A DNA stretch of 64,000 nucleotides, from sequence record MZ956763.1, one strand, 5' to 3'. Below are positions 1 to 9,129 of the stretch, one piece after another; within the stretch, counting starts at the first letter, position 1, and every line of letters begins with the position of its first letter. Below the pieces are notes generated by a model. The model did no database searches. It had not been told where the DNA came from and was given only the letters and a program-made list of their open reading frames with translations. This stretch comes from a phage. A program made the position numbers and the translations under genes.

Positions 1-93
1 GGTAACTGTAGTGTACTTTATCACGTTGTAGACCCTGCAAAATGCAAATCTGCAATGGCAGTAACAAACGTAACTTTTGATTGAGAGAAAATT

Positions 94-549
94 ATGATTT
101 TTTGCAGCTTCCAAAAAAGAATTATTGAGATTCTATACAATAAGTTTGGGACAGATAACACATTTGACTCAAATGAAGCTATCGAAGCCCTACAAGAAGG
201 AAGTGATTACATCAAAAAACAGCCAATAGCCAACATCAGATACTACTTGACTCAGATGAGAAAGTGGGGTGTGCTCATCGTGGTAGGACAGATTAAGCAA
301 CAAGGGAGGATGCTCATCAACCAATTAAATAGAGGTTTTATTGAGAAGCACATTCAGCTAGACTATTTACTTAAAGAGCCACGAAATCAACGTGAAGAGC
401 AGCAAAAAGACTTAAGTGATGGTGTAGGTGTGTCTCCAGACATAAAATTCTTTATTGGTGAGTTGATGTTTGATACACTCCAAGATGCTGTTGAACACTG
501 CAAAAAGTATATTATCAAAGTAAAACGTGCAAAAATTATTTGGGAGTAA
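94..549 (+). CDS. hypothetical protein, tandem paralog family (copy A1)
   Basis: ORF 151 aa; paralogous to 971..1435; C-terminus ends ...EHCKKxxIxxKRxKxIWE as in the three following genes. Confidence 0.6.
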   Translation: MIFCSFQKRIIEILYNKFGTDNTFDSNEAIEALQEGSDYIKKQPIANIRYYLTQMRKWGVLIVVGQIKQQGRMLINQLNRGFIEKHIQLDYLLKEPRNQREEQQKDLSDGVGVSPDIKFFIGELMFDTLQDAVEHCKKYIIKVKRAKIIWE

Positions 550-553
550 TAAC

Positions 554-949
554 ATGTTTGAGCTTCTGAAGGTTCTGTATATAAATTTTGGCTATGATAA
601 AACATTTTCTGGCTCACAGCTAACTAAGGTTTTTAATAAATATCTACCACATGCTTCAATCAGGGATAAAGCTAATTGGTCTCACAGATTACGTAAAAGT
701 GGGTATATTAGCGTTGTTGGAGCGACAGGCTTTAATAATGAGTATCTTATGAGAATCAATGAAAGCAAAGCTAAAAAGGTGCTTTTAAATTGTAATAACC
801 ATCAACAAAAGGATGAAGAGGTTAGTGTAGGTGAAGTAGGGTACTTCATAGGTGACATACACTTTACCAGTATGGAGGCAGCAGTTGAGCATTGTAAGAG
901 AACGGTTATCCAAACAAAAAGAAAGCGTATTGTTTGGGAAGAAGTTTAA
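554..949 (+). CDS. hypothetical protein, tandem paralog family (copy B1)
   Basis: ORF; start moved to ATG at 554 (MFELLKVLY..) behind GGGAG RBS; paralogous to 1440..1820. Confidence 0.55.
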   Translation: MFELLKVLYINFGYDKTFSGSQLTKVFNKYLPHASIRDKANWSHRLRKSGYISVVGATGFNNEYLMRINESKAKKVLLNCNNHQQKDEEVSVGEVGYFIGDIHFTSMEAAVEHCKRTVIQTKRKRIVWEEV

Positions 950-970
950 ACATTTGATTAGGAATACACT

Positions 971-1435
971 ATGATTTTTTGCAATTTACAGAAGCACGTA
1001 ATAGAGATTTTATACAAAACCTTCGGGACAGAAAACACTTTTGACTCTAATGAAGCAATTGACGCATTAAGAGAGAATAGCCTCTTTATACGAGGCCAGT
1101 CAATCAGTAATACCCGTGGGTATCTAACAATGTTAAGACAGTCTGGTGTACTACTGACTGTAGGGCAGGTAAAAAGCAAAGGTAGACTAAGTATTAATCA
1201 ATTAAATCGAGCCTTTATGGAGAAGCATATACAACTGTCAAGGATGCTAGATAATACGCGTGAAGAGTTGGGGAGTTCACAAAAAGCAAGTTCATCTGAT
1301 GTTAAAGATGTGGATGTACAACCTGATGTAAGATACTTTATTGCTGATGTTATGTTTAAAACACTCGATGAAGCTATTGAGCACTGCAAAAAGCACCTTA
1401 TTAAAGTTAAACATGCAAAAGTTATTTGGGAGTGA
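971..1435 (+). CDS. hypothetical protein, tandem paralog family (copy A2)
   Basis: ORF 154 aa, N-terminus MIFCNLQKHVIEILYKTFGTENTFDSNEAI nearly identical to copy A1. Confidence 0.6.
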   Translation: MIFCNLQKHVIEILYKTFGTENTFDSNEAIDALRENSLFIRGQSISNTRGYLTMLRQSGVLLTVGQVKSKGRLSINQLNRAFMEKHIQLSRMLDNTREELGSSQKASSSDVKDVDVQPDVRYFIADVMFKTLDEAIEHCKKHLIKVKHAKVIWE

Positions 1436-1439
1436 TGCT

Positions 1440-1820
1440 ATGATTGAACTGTTAAAAGTCCTATATAATGAGTTTGGTTATGATAAAACTTTTACTTGTT
1501 CACAGATACGTAGTATCCATGATAAGGAATTTCCAAATGTATCCAAGACAAACAAGTCAACTCGGTTCAATCGTCTTCGCCAGAGAGGTTACATTAAAAT
1601 AGTTGGATACAAGAATAACTCTTTCGAGTATGTAATGCAGATTAACAGAGAAGTTTCAAGTAAAATACTTGAAGAGCCAACAGCCGAAGAACAAAAGATA
1701 CAAGATGGTGAAGTTCGCTTCTTTGTGGAGAAGGAAAGTTTTGGGTCAATAGATGAAGCTATCGAATATTGTAAAAAGAACATTATCCAGATAAAGCGTA
1801 GAAAGGTTATTTGGGAATAA
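1440..1820 (+). CDS. hypothetical protein, tandem paralog family (copy B2)
   Basis: start at ATG 1440 (MIELLKVLYNEFGYDKTF) right after stop of previous gene; paralog of 554..949. Confidence 0.55.
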   Translation: MIELLKVLYNEFGYDKTFTCSQIRSIHDKEFPNVSKTNKSTRFNRLRQRGYIKIVGYKNNSFEYVMQINREVSSKILEEPTAEEQKIQDGEVRFFVEKESFGSIDEAIEYCKKNIIQIKRRKVIWE

Positions 1821-1837
1821 AGAGAGAGAGAGAAACT

Positions 1838-2719
1838 ATGAAAACATCTATCCGTGTTACAGTTCATTCACCGACTAAAGGGACTCACGAAGAAGAGTTT
1901 AACATTATCCAATTCCCTTCTGGTGAGATTGGTGGACACTTTTCACAAGAGCTTGTTGATTTCACTGCTTATGCAGCATCATCTATCAACAATGTAATCA
2001 TGATTGTGAAAGGTTATGATAAGGACACATTGTTTGCTGTGGCACTCGCTAAAGAAGCAATTGATGATTTAATTCCTCATGATTATGCCTTAAAGACTGT
2101 CATCTTTTACTACTTACCAAATGCACGATATGACCGTCACATGTTTAAAGGTGATGCAGCAGCTTTGAAGGTTTTTGCTAAACAGGTTAATGCAATGGGG
2201 TTTGGTGCAGTCTGTGCAGTTGACCCTCACAGCTATGTACCAGATAACCTGTTTAACTGCTTCCAAAGTATTCCTCAAAATGAAATTGCAGTCCACTATG
2301 CAAATGACCCACTGGTTGATTACTTAGTAGCCCCAGATGCAGGTGCTGCTAAGAAGATTGCAGAGACTGCTAAAGAGGTGGATAAACCATATATCACAAT
2401 GTCTAAGGTGCGCAACCTTAAGACTGGCGAAATTACTGGTATGCGAATCCTTGATGATGTTGATTTGACAGATAAAACCGTCATGATTCTGGACGATATC
2501 TGTGATGGCGGTCGAACATTCATAGAAGCAGCTAAACATCTTCGTGAAGCAGGTGCAAAACGTGTGGAACTCTATGTAACACATGGTATCTTTTCTAAAG
2601 GTGTTGAAAACCTTCTTGACAATGGTATTGACCACATCTACACTACAAACTCTTTAGGGGAAGCTAAAGACCGTGGTTTAACACATTATGGTCAAGTTAC
2701 TGTAGCAAACCTTGATTAA
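1838..2719 (+). CDS. ribose-phosphate pyrophosphokinase (PRPP synthetase)-like protein
   Basis: type-I PRTase/PRPP-binding motif VMILDDICDGGRT; size ~290 aa; hairpin terminator downstream. Confidence 0.7.
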   Translation: MKTSIRVTVHSPTKGTHEEEFNIIQFPSGEIGGHFSQELVDFTAYAASSINNVIMIVKGYDKDTLFAVALAKEAIDDLIPHDYALKTVIFYYLPNARYDRHMFKGDAAALKVFAKQVNAMGFGAVCAVDPHSYVPDNLFNCFQSIPQNEIAVHYANDPLVDYLVAPDAGAAKKIAETAKEVDKPYITMSKVRNLKTGEITGMRILDDVDLTDKTVMILDDICDGGRTFIEAAKHLREAGAKRVELYVTHGIFSKGVENLLDNGIDHIYTTNSLGEAKDRGLTHYGQVTVANLD

Positions 2720-2765
2720 AACTTTATAGGGGGCTTTTAAGCCCCATTTTGAGAGAGATTAAAAG

Positions 2766-4547
2766 ATGACTAAATCACTTTATGCAGTACCAGCAGGTTT
2801 AAACGCAGATGCTTACAAATCTGGTCATGTTTACCAGTACCCTAGTGCAACAGATTACTTGATGTTTAACCTGACACCACGTAGTGATAAATGGTTTAAC
2901 AGCCCTTTAGCAATTGATGGTGTAGTAGCTTTTGGTATTCAACGTTTTGTTAAAGATTACTTGATAGACCACTGGAACGCCACCTTCTTTGAACGTGACA
3001 AAAAAGAAGCAATTGACGAAATCTTAGAAGTCATGAACGGTGTTCTGGGTAAAGATGCTATTGGTCGAGAACATTGGGAAGCACTTCACGACTTAGGTTA
3101 TCTACCAGTTGAGGTATACGCTGTAGAAGAAGGTACAGTTGTCCCTATGCGTGTTCCAATGATTGTATTCCAGAACACTGTTTCAGGTTTCCATTGGGTA
3201 GCGGGATATCTGGAAGATGCTTTCTCTGCTGAGATTTGGAAGGCTTGTACCATTGCAACTATTGCATTGCACTACAAACGTATCTGTAAGAAGTGGTCTG
3301 ACCTTACTTGTGACAATGACTTGCATTTACCTTATCAGTGCCATGACTTCGCTATGCGTGGTATGTCCGGCTTTACCGATGACGCATTTAACGCTGTAGG
3401 TCACTTAACCAGCTTTAAAGGGACTGATAGCTTCCCTGCTGTGTATACAGCTAAACGCATCTATGGGCAGTCCTATCCAATTTCAGATATTGGTGGCTCT
3501 GTACCAGCCACTGAACACTCTGTCATGTGTGCAAACATTGCTTGGGAAGGTGGGGATGAGTTGATTGAAGAAGAAAGACGCTTTAAAGGTGAGTTACAAA
3601 CCTTCCGTCGTTTCTTAACAGAAACTTACCCAACTGGTATTGTAAGTATTGTTTCAGATACTTATAATTTCTGGAGAACTGTATCAGTGATACTACCAGA
3701 ACTCCGTAAAGAGATTATGGAACGTGATGGCAAACTGGTAATTCGTCCTGACTCTGGAGACCCTGTACATATTGTCACAGGTTATAAAGCAATACATTTA
3801 GAGTGTGCTAAAAAGGCTTATTACGAACACCTAAGCAAGCTGGAAGCCAGCGACACAATGTTGAATGCTGTTCTGAACATGAAGCTTGAAAACATTAGCT
3901 ATGGTATTGCTGGGTGGCTACTGTCAGAAGGCTACGAAATGGTTGTTGACAGAGAAGACTTTGAAGTTGCTGATACAGTGATGTTGAAAAACGCTTATAT
4001 GGTTGGTTCTGCAAACGTTGTAACACGTCCTGTAGCAGAGATTGATGGAGCTATCAAGACACTGTATCACATCTTTGGAGGAACTATCAACTCTAAAGGT
4101 TTTAAAGTACTGGATGAGCACATTGGCCTTATTTATGGTGACTCTATCACGTTGGAACGTGCAAACGAAATCCTGAAGCGTTTGTATGAAATGGGTTTTG
4201 CAAGCTCTAACGTAGTGTTTGGTGTAGGTTCTTACACTTACCAGTACATGACTCGTGACACCTTTGCATTTGCTGTCAAAGCAACTCTTGCAAGCATTGG
4301 TGGTAAAGAGATTATGCTTGCAAAAGACCCTAAAACAGATAGTGGTGTTAAGAAATCTGCCTTTGGTGGTGTAGCACCTATGTGGGATGGTGATAAGCTG
4401 AAAGCTGTAGATGGCTATGGATTCCAGAGTTTTGCAGATGTACTTGACCACCCAGCTTGTGCCTTACGTTTAGTCTTTAGTGACTCTGAGCAGTTCGGTT
4501 ACACGACTCTTGGTGATATTCGAAATAATATTGACAAGCAGCTTTAA
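2766..4547 (+). CDS. nicotinamide phosphoribosyltransferase (NAMPT)-like protein
   Basis: 593 aa; N-terminal ADAYKSGHVYQYP resembles NAMPT TDSYKVTHYKQYP; adjacent to PRPP-synthetase-like gene. Confidence 0.75.
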   Translation: MTKSLYAVPAGLNADAYKSGHVYQYPSATDYLMFNLTPRSDKWFNSPLAIDGVVAFGIQRFVKDYLIDHWNATFFERDKKEAIDEILEVMNGVLGKDAIGREHWEALHDLGYLPVEVYAVEEGTVVPMRVPMIVFQNTVSGFHWVAGYLEDAFSAEIWKACTIATIALHYKRICKKWSDLTCDNDLHLPYQCHDFAMRGMSGFTDDAFNAVGHLTSFKGTDSFPAVYTAKRIYGQSYPISDIGGSVPATEHSVMCANIAWEGGDELIEEERRFKGELQTFRRFLTETYPTGIVSIVSDTYNFWRTVSVILPELRKEIMERDGKLVIRPDSGDPVHIVTGYKAIHLECAKKAYYEHLSKLEASDTMLNAVLNMKLENISYGIAGWLLSEGYEMVVDREDFEVADTVMLKNAYMVGSANVVTRPVAEIDGAIKTLYHIFGGTINSKGFKVLDEHIGLIYGDSITLERANEILKRLYEMGFASSNVVFGVGSYTYQYMTRDTFAFAVKATLASIGGKEIMLAKDPKTDSGVKKSAFGGVAPMWDGDKLKAVDGYGFQSFADVLDHPACALRLVFSDSEQFGYTTLGDIRNNIDKQL

Positions 4548-4564
4548 AAGTATATGATAAGAGG

Positions 4565-4586
4565 CTCCTACGGGAGCCTTTTTTAA
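4565..4586 (+). terminator. intrinsic terminator
   Basis: GGCTCC-TACG-GGAGCC hairpin followed by TTTTTT. Confidence 0.7.
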
Positions 4587-4601
4587 TTTCTGGAGAATGC
4601 T

Positions 4602-4946
4602 ATGGACAACCTTTCCATATGGTTTAACAAGAAACCTGTGCAACCGAAATACTTACAAGTTGCCTATACAGACATCCTTGAAGTTCTCGGTAAAGAAAAG
4701 TTTGAAAAGTTTTGTGAAGGTATCTACAATCACCACTGCCAATTTGCTACAAAAGAGGGTATGTTTGTCATAGAACAGTTCTTTGGCAGAGACCAAGATG
4801 ACTATGAAGAGATTAGCTTTGTAATGAAATACATGATAGAGTATATTGAAAATCGTGGATTCGAAGTTAATCCTGAATTTTATGAACATGAGGGTGTACC
4901 TTTAGCAAAAGGTTTCGATGGCATACTCGTTAACTGGACTTGGTGA
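4602..4946 (+). CDS. hypothetical protein
   Basis: ORF 114 aa. Confidence 0.5.
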   Translation: MDNLSIWFNKKPVQPKYLQVAYTDILEVLGKEKFEKFCEGIYNHHCQFATKEGMFVIEQFFGRDQDDYEEISFVMKYMIEYIENRGFEVNPEFYEHEGVPLAKGFDGILVNWTW

Positions 4947-5287
4947 AAATTATGAAAATCAAAGAGATGAACATCAACATTGTCTTAGAAGAACGTTGGG
5001 AGAACATTAAGAGAACTGAGGACGGTCATAAGTTCCTCAACAAAATCTTAGTAGCAGCTAAAGAAGAACTGACTGGGAAGATTGCAGCAGCAATCACAAT
5101 AAAGGTGTGTGTAAAAGGTCTTCCAGACAATCACCAATTTGCACTTGACGAGTTTAAAGAGAGCTTCTACAATCCAAACAAACAGATGCTTGAAAGTAAC
5201 TTTGCAGTGTCTACAAGTATCGTCCATGACAGAAGCTTTATCCTTTACAAGAATATGAGAGGTGAGCCATGCAAGCATATTGGATAG
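4940..5287 (+). CDS. hypothetical protein
   Basis: ORF 115 aa, overlapping stop/start with neighbour. Confidence 0.5.
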   Translation: MVKIMKIKEMNINIVLEERWENIKRTEDGHKFLNKILVAAKEELTGKIAAAITIKVCVKGLPDNHQFALDEFKESFYNPNKQMLESNFAVSTSIVHDRSFILYKNMRGEPCKHIG

Positions 5288-5448
5288 AAATTTTACTGTC
5301 ACTTGGTAGTGTAGCAGTATTTGTATACCTTCTTTGCAAGTACTATGCAGAGCACAAAAAATGTGACTTCTGTGATGGAGAAGGGTACACAAGAGCAGGT
5401 TGTTGCCCTATGTGTGGTGGTTCTGGTAAAATGTTTAATAAGTAATTT
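5269..5448 (+). CDS. small membrane-anchored zinc-finger protein (59 aa, below ORF-track cutoff)
   Basis: hand translation MQAYWIEILLSLGSVAVFVYLLCKYYAEHKKCDFCDGEGYTRAGCCPMCGGSGKMFNK; GAGG RBS; N-terminal hydrophobic helix, two CxxCxGxG-like motifs. Confidence 0.4.
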
Positions 5449-5473
5449 AACAGTAAACTAAGAGGAAAGTATT

Positions 5474-7840
5474 ATGCGCATGGTAAACGACCACGCAGAA
5501 GTGATTAAGAGTTCAACTTCTTTAGAGACGTCTCAAGCACAGATTACAATGACACCTGAAATGTTCAGCCTTTTGAGTTCAGGTGTATACACATTCAAAG
5601 AAAGGGCAGTGATTCGTGAACTGTCATGTAACGCAGTAGATGCTCAAAAAGAAGCTGGAAAAGAGAACATCCCATTCCATGTGCATTTACCTACTCGTTT
5701 TGAGCCTTACTTTGAAGTTCGTGATTTTGGAACTGGTTTAACCCATGACAAAGTAATGAGTTTGTATCTGAACTACGGGGCTTCTACGAAGAATGACTCT
5801 AATGATTACATTGGTGCAATGGGTATCGGCTCAAAATCCCCATTTGCAATTGCTCAGTCATTCACAGTATCTAGCTATGTTGATGGTGTTGCTAATAAGT
5901 ACTCTGTTTACCTTGAGAATGGTATCCCTCAAGTAACTAAGCTTACTACCAACCAAACAAATGAACCCAATGGTTTAGCTGTACGTGTAGCAGTTGCTGA
6001 CCATCGTATTTCAAAGTTCTTTGAAGAGGCTGGTCACGTATACTCATACTTTGCTGTAAAACCAGAAAGTAACATTGTATATGATGATGTATTAGCAGAT
6101 ATGAATGTCATTGCCCGTGAAGAGGGTGTTTATGATGCTATGATTCATAAGCAAAGCTGGCGTTCTAGTGGCAACAGGACAGAGTTTAATGTGGTGATGG
6201 GTAATATTGCCTACCCAGTGAACATGGAAGCATTACTTGGTGATGATTTCTTCAAAGTCTTGCCAGAGTTTTTCCGTAGGAGCGTAGACCTTGTAAACAT
6301 CTACATGCCTATTGGTTCAGTGGCTATTGCAGCTTCTCGTGAAGCATTGCAGATGAATGACACGACAAAAAATGTTATCATTGAGGCTACTAAAAAGATA
6401 ACTGAAGCCATTACAAAGGATGTTATCAAGAAAGTTAATAGCCAACCTACACTCATGGATGCTGCACAGGCTTATGCTGAGTTACGTTTGAACTCACGAG
6501 AGATGTTTAATGCTGTGTGTCCAAAGCTAGAGTGGGGAGGCGTTAAGCTTGATTCTCTGGAAGAAGAATTACTAAATATTCGTCGTGGAATTATCTACGC
6601 AGAAGACGGCTCAGTCATTTATGAACGTGACGGTAAAGGTAATATTAAGGTTGATAGGAACGGGAACAATATCCCTAAAGTAGATTATCTTTATGACCCA
6701 GTTGCTTATGTCAAGTTCAACTCTTTAGAGAGTAAGATTCGTGCAACATCGCTTTCCTACACTCAAGAGGCAAGTATGTTCAATATCTTTGGCGCAATGC
6801 GTAAAAGCCAAATTGAACAGTTTTTGTTTGTTATCAATGACCGTCGCAATAAAAATGGTACTGAGAAGACTGTAGGACGCAATCAAATCTTGCGTGGTGC
6901 ATGTCGAGACTATGCCAGTGAGTCAAATCTGTTTCACAGATACAACGGTATTGTCTTTGTATTCTCTACTGAGAAAGAGTTAGACGACTTAATCAATCTG
7001 CACAAACTTGATAAAAGCTTGTTAAAGATTGTGAAGATGTCTGATAAGGAACACCATTATCAGCGTAAAGAAGCTGTAAGAGGTGTTGTAAAACTCTGGA
7101 AAGCTGTTCCAGCAGAAGGTGTAGCTTCATACACAGAGGTGTCAGAAGACTTAGACACAATTGAAGAGCCTCAACTTTATATCAAGGCAGTAGGTGATAC
7201 TGTTGATGGTGAATGTTTTTGCTCATCTCCAGATGATGTAGCTAAGTCAGTTGCCAATGTCATTGGAAAGACAGTCTATGTTTTCCGAAAAGCAAATTGG
7301 AAAAAGATACCAGAAGACTGGATTGAAGTAGATGAGAAGCTCTTGAACGACAGCTTAACTGATGTTCACTGGATTAACCATAACAGATATATGACACGTA
7401 TCTACATGAATGGTGTCCTTGACCTCACAAGCAGTTGGATTATTGCCAGAAACTTTACGTTCAATAACAAGAAGATTTCTCGTGGCTATTGCTATTCACG
7501 AGACACAAACAAAACTATCTTCTTAGAAGGTAATGAAGATGCTGTTGATGCAATGTTTGGTAAAATCCAATACGTTGCTGCACCGTTTGCATACACTTAC
7601 ACTATTAGCGTGTTGCAAGATTTGAAAAGTTGTCTTGATAATGATACAAAGCTTTACAAGAAAATTAAGAAAGCTGGTGACCGCATGGTCATTAAGGTGA
7701 CAAACTACCTTTCAAAAAGAAAACAAGAAAACTTCTTGCTTTCTCATTTAGATTGGAATAAAGTGTCACCCATCGAAGTGAGTAAGTTCTTAGGCTTTGA
7801 TGTGAAGTGTGTTCCAGAAGGGACTACAATTTACGATTAA
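5474..7840 (+). CDS. rIIA: rIIA-like protein with N-terminal GHKL (HATPase_c) ATPase domain
   Basis: 788 aa; Bergerat-fold motifs ELSCNAVDA (ExxxNxxDA), DFGTG, GAMGIGSKS near N-terminus; size/architecture like T4 rIIA. Confidence 0.5.
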   Translation: MRMVNDHAEVIKSSTSLETSQAQITMTPEMFSLLSSGVYTFKERAVIRELSCNAVDAQKEAGKENIPFHVHLPTRFEPYFEVRDFGTGLTHDKVMSLYLNYGASTKNDSNDYIGAMGIGSKSPFAIAQSFTVSSYVDGVANKYSVYLENGIPQVTKLTTNQTNEPNGLAVRVAVADHRISKFFEEAGHVYSYFAVKPESNIVYDDVLADMNVIAREEGVYDAMIHKQSWRSSGNRTEFNVVMGNIAYPVNMEALLGDDFFKVLPEFFRRSVDLVNIYMPIGSVAIAASREALQMNDTTKNVIIEATKKITEAITKDVIKKVNSQPTLMDAAQAYAELRLNSREMFNAVCPKLEWGGVKLDSLEEELLNIRRGIIYAEDGSVIYERDGKGNIKVDRNGNNIPKVDYLYDPVAYVKFNSLESKIRATSLSYTQEASMFNIFGAMRKSQIEQFLFVINDRRNKNGTEKTVGRNQILRGACRDYASESNLFHRYNGIVFVFSTEKELDDLINLHKLDKSLLKIVKMSDKEHHYQRKEAVRGVVKLWKAVPAEGVASYTEVSEDLDTIEEPQLYIKAVGDTVDGECFCSSPDDVAKSVANVIGKTVYVFRKANWKKIPEDWIEVDEKLLNDSLTDVHWINHNRYMTRIYMNGVLDLTSSWIIARNFTFNNKKISRGYCYSRDTNKTIFLEGNEDAVDAMFGKIQYVAAPFAYTYTISVLQDLKSCLDNDTKLYKKIKKAGDRMVIKVTNYLSKRKQENFLLSHLDWNKVSPIEVSKFLGFDVKCVPEGTTIYD

Positions 7841-7850
7841 AGTGTTTGAC

Positions 7851-7870
7851 AAGGGGCTTCAAAGCCCCTT
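7851..7870 (+). terminator. hairpin (terminator-like, no clear U-tract)
   Basis: AAGGGGCTTCAAAGCCCCTT palindrome right after stop. Confidence 0.4.
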
Positions 7871-7919
7871 AGAATAGCCTTACAAAATGATTTATTAACT
7901 AACAAGAGAGAGTAATAAG

Positions 7920-9029
7920 ATGACTACTAAAACTAAAGCACAGATTGACGCAGAAATTTACGAACTGGTTAAAGAAGGTAAGCTGACTAAAACAGCTATT
8001 GCACAGAAGTTCAATACTTCAACCCGTTCAGTTGGTCGTGCTGTAGAGCGTCACGAAGCAACCTTAAAAGGGAAGAAGAAGGTGACTTCTAAGCCAGCTA
8101 AGAAGACTTTGAAGCAAGTTGCTAAATCAGTTAAAAAGAAAGCTGACAAACCAGTTGAAAAGGCCGTTAAAGACGCTGTACAGAAAGCTCCAGTAAATAA
8201 ACTGCATGAAGCTATGCAGAAAGATGACAAGATTGAGTACATGATTACTGGTGACTCTGTAATTATGACTTACGGTTCAGAATCTGAAATTGTTGAGTCT
8301 ACTCATCCGAACTATCAAGAGATTGTAGTTCATGTTGTGAAAGGTGAGTTCAAGAAAGCATTTGAACTGATGAACATTCGTAAGTCTATCGAAAACTTCA
8401 CTCAGGGTGCTATCACAATCAAAGGTGACAAGCTCTTCTACGGTGCTGTTGAGATGCGTTCTACTCTGGTTGACCGTATTCTTCATATGATGAAAACTGG
8501 TGATAAAGGTTTTGAACGACTTGTAATGTTCTTCGAAAAACTGATGGAAAACCCATCTAAAGATTCTGTAGAACAACTTTGGGGATTTGTATCACACCTT
8601 GATGTTGAAATTGATGAAGAAGGCTACATCATTGGTTGGAAGAAAGTCTCTACTCGTGAAGGCAAGCTGGTTGACTCTCACACCTACAAAGTGCCTAATG
8701 ATTTGGGTAACATTGTAGAGATGCCACGTTGGATGGTTGATAACAACCGTAACGTAACTTGCTCTCAAGGTCTTCATGTTGGTGCTTGGGATTATGTTCG
8801 TTGCTTCTCAGGTGATACCATCCTGAAGGTTCGTGTCCATCCACGAGATGTTGTATCTGTTCCGACTGATTACAACGATATGAAGATGCGCTCCTCTCGT
8901 TATGAAGTTGCAGCAATCGTTGATAATCAACGTAAAGTGCTGAAAGCATGGGATGGTAAGACTGAAGCTTTGCATGTCATCGTTGGCACTGCTGGTGAAC
9001 TCATCTCTCAACGTAAACGTGAAATCTAA
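7920..9029 (+). CDS. hypothetical protein (possible rIIB-like, by position after rIIA-like gene)
   Basis: ORF 369 aa; lysine-rich N-terminal region; position only. Confidence 0.4.
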   Translation: MTTKTKAQIDAEIYELVKEGKLTKTAIAQKFNTSTRSVGRAVERHEATLKGKKKVTSKPAKKTLKQVAKSVKKKADKPVEKAVKDAVQKAPVNKLHEAMQKDDKIEYMITGDSVIMTYGSESEIVESTHPNYQEIVVHVVKGEFKKAFELMNIRKSIENFTQGAITIKGDKLFYGAVEMRSTLVDRILHMMKTGDKGFERLVMFFEKLMENPSKDSVEQLWGFVSHLDVEIDEEGYIIGWKKVSTREGKLVDSHTYKVPNDLGNIVEMPRWMVDNNRNVTCSQGLHVGAWDYVRCFSGDTILKVRVHPRDVVSVPTDYNDMKMRSSRYEVAAIVDNQRKVLKAWDGKTEALHVIVGTAGELISQRKREI

Positions 9030-9045
9030 TAAGTAATTTCTTAAA

Positions 9046-9070
9046 AGGCTGCTTCGGCGGCCTTTTTTAT
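9046..9070 (+). terminator. intrinsic terminator
   Basis: GGCTGCTTCGGCGGCC hairpin + TTTTTTAT. Confidence 0.65.
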
Positions 9071-9098
9071 TTGTATTTTGTGCAGAGTGCTGTATAAT
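9071..9098 (+). promoter_or_regulatory. sigma70-like promoter TTGTAT-16-TATAAT
   Basis: perfect -10 TATAAT at 9093-9098, upstream of 9130 gene. Confidence 0.5.
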
Positions 9099-9129
9099 TG
9101 TTGACACGATAAACTAAACAGGAGAACCA

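Noticed and set aside
7851-7870. TTGACA at 7845 as a promoter
   Set aside because: The hexamer is followed directly by a GC hairpin and no -10; more consistent with a terminator hairpin.
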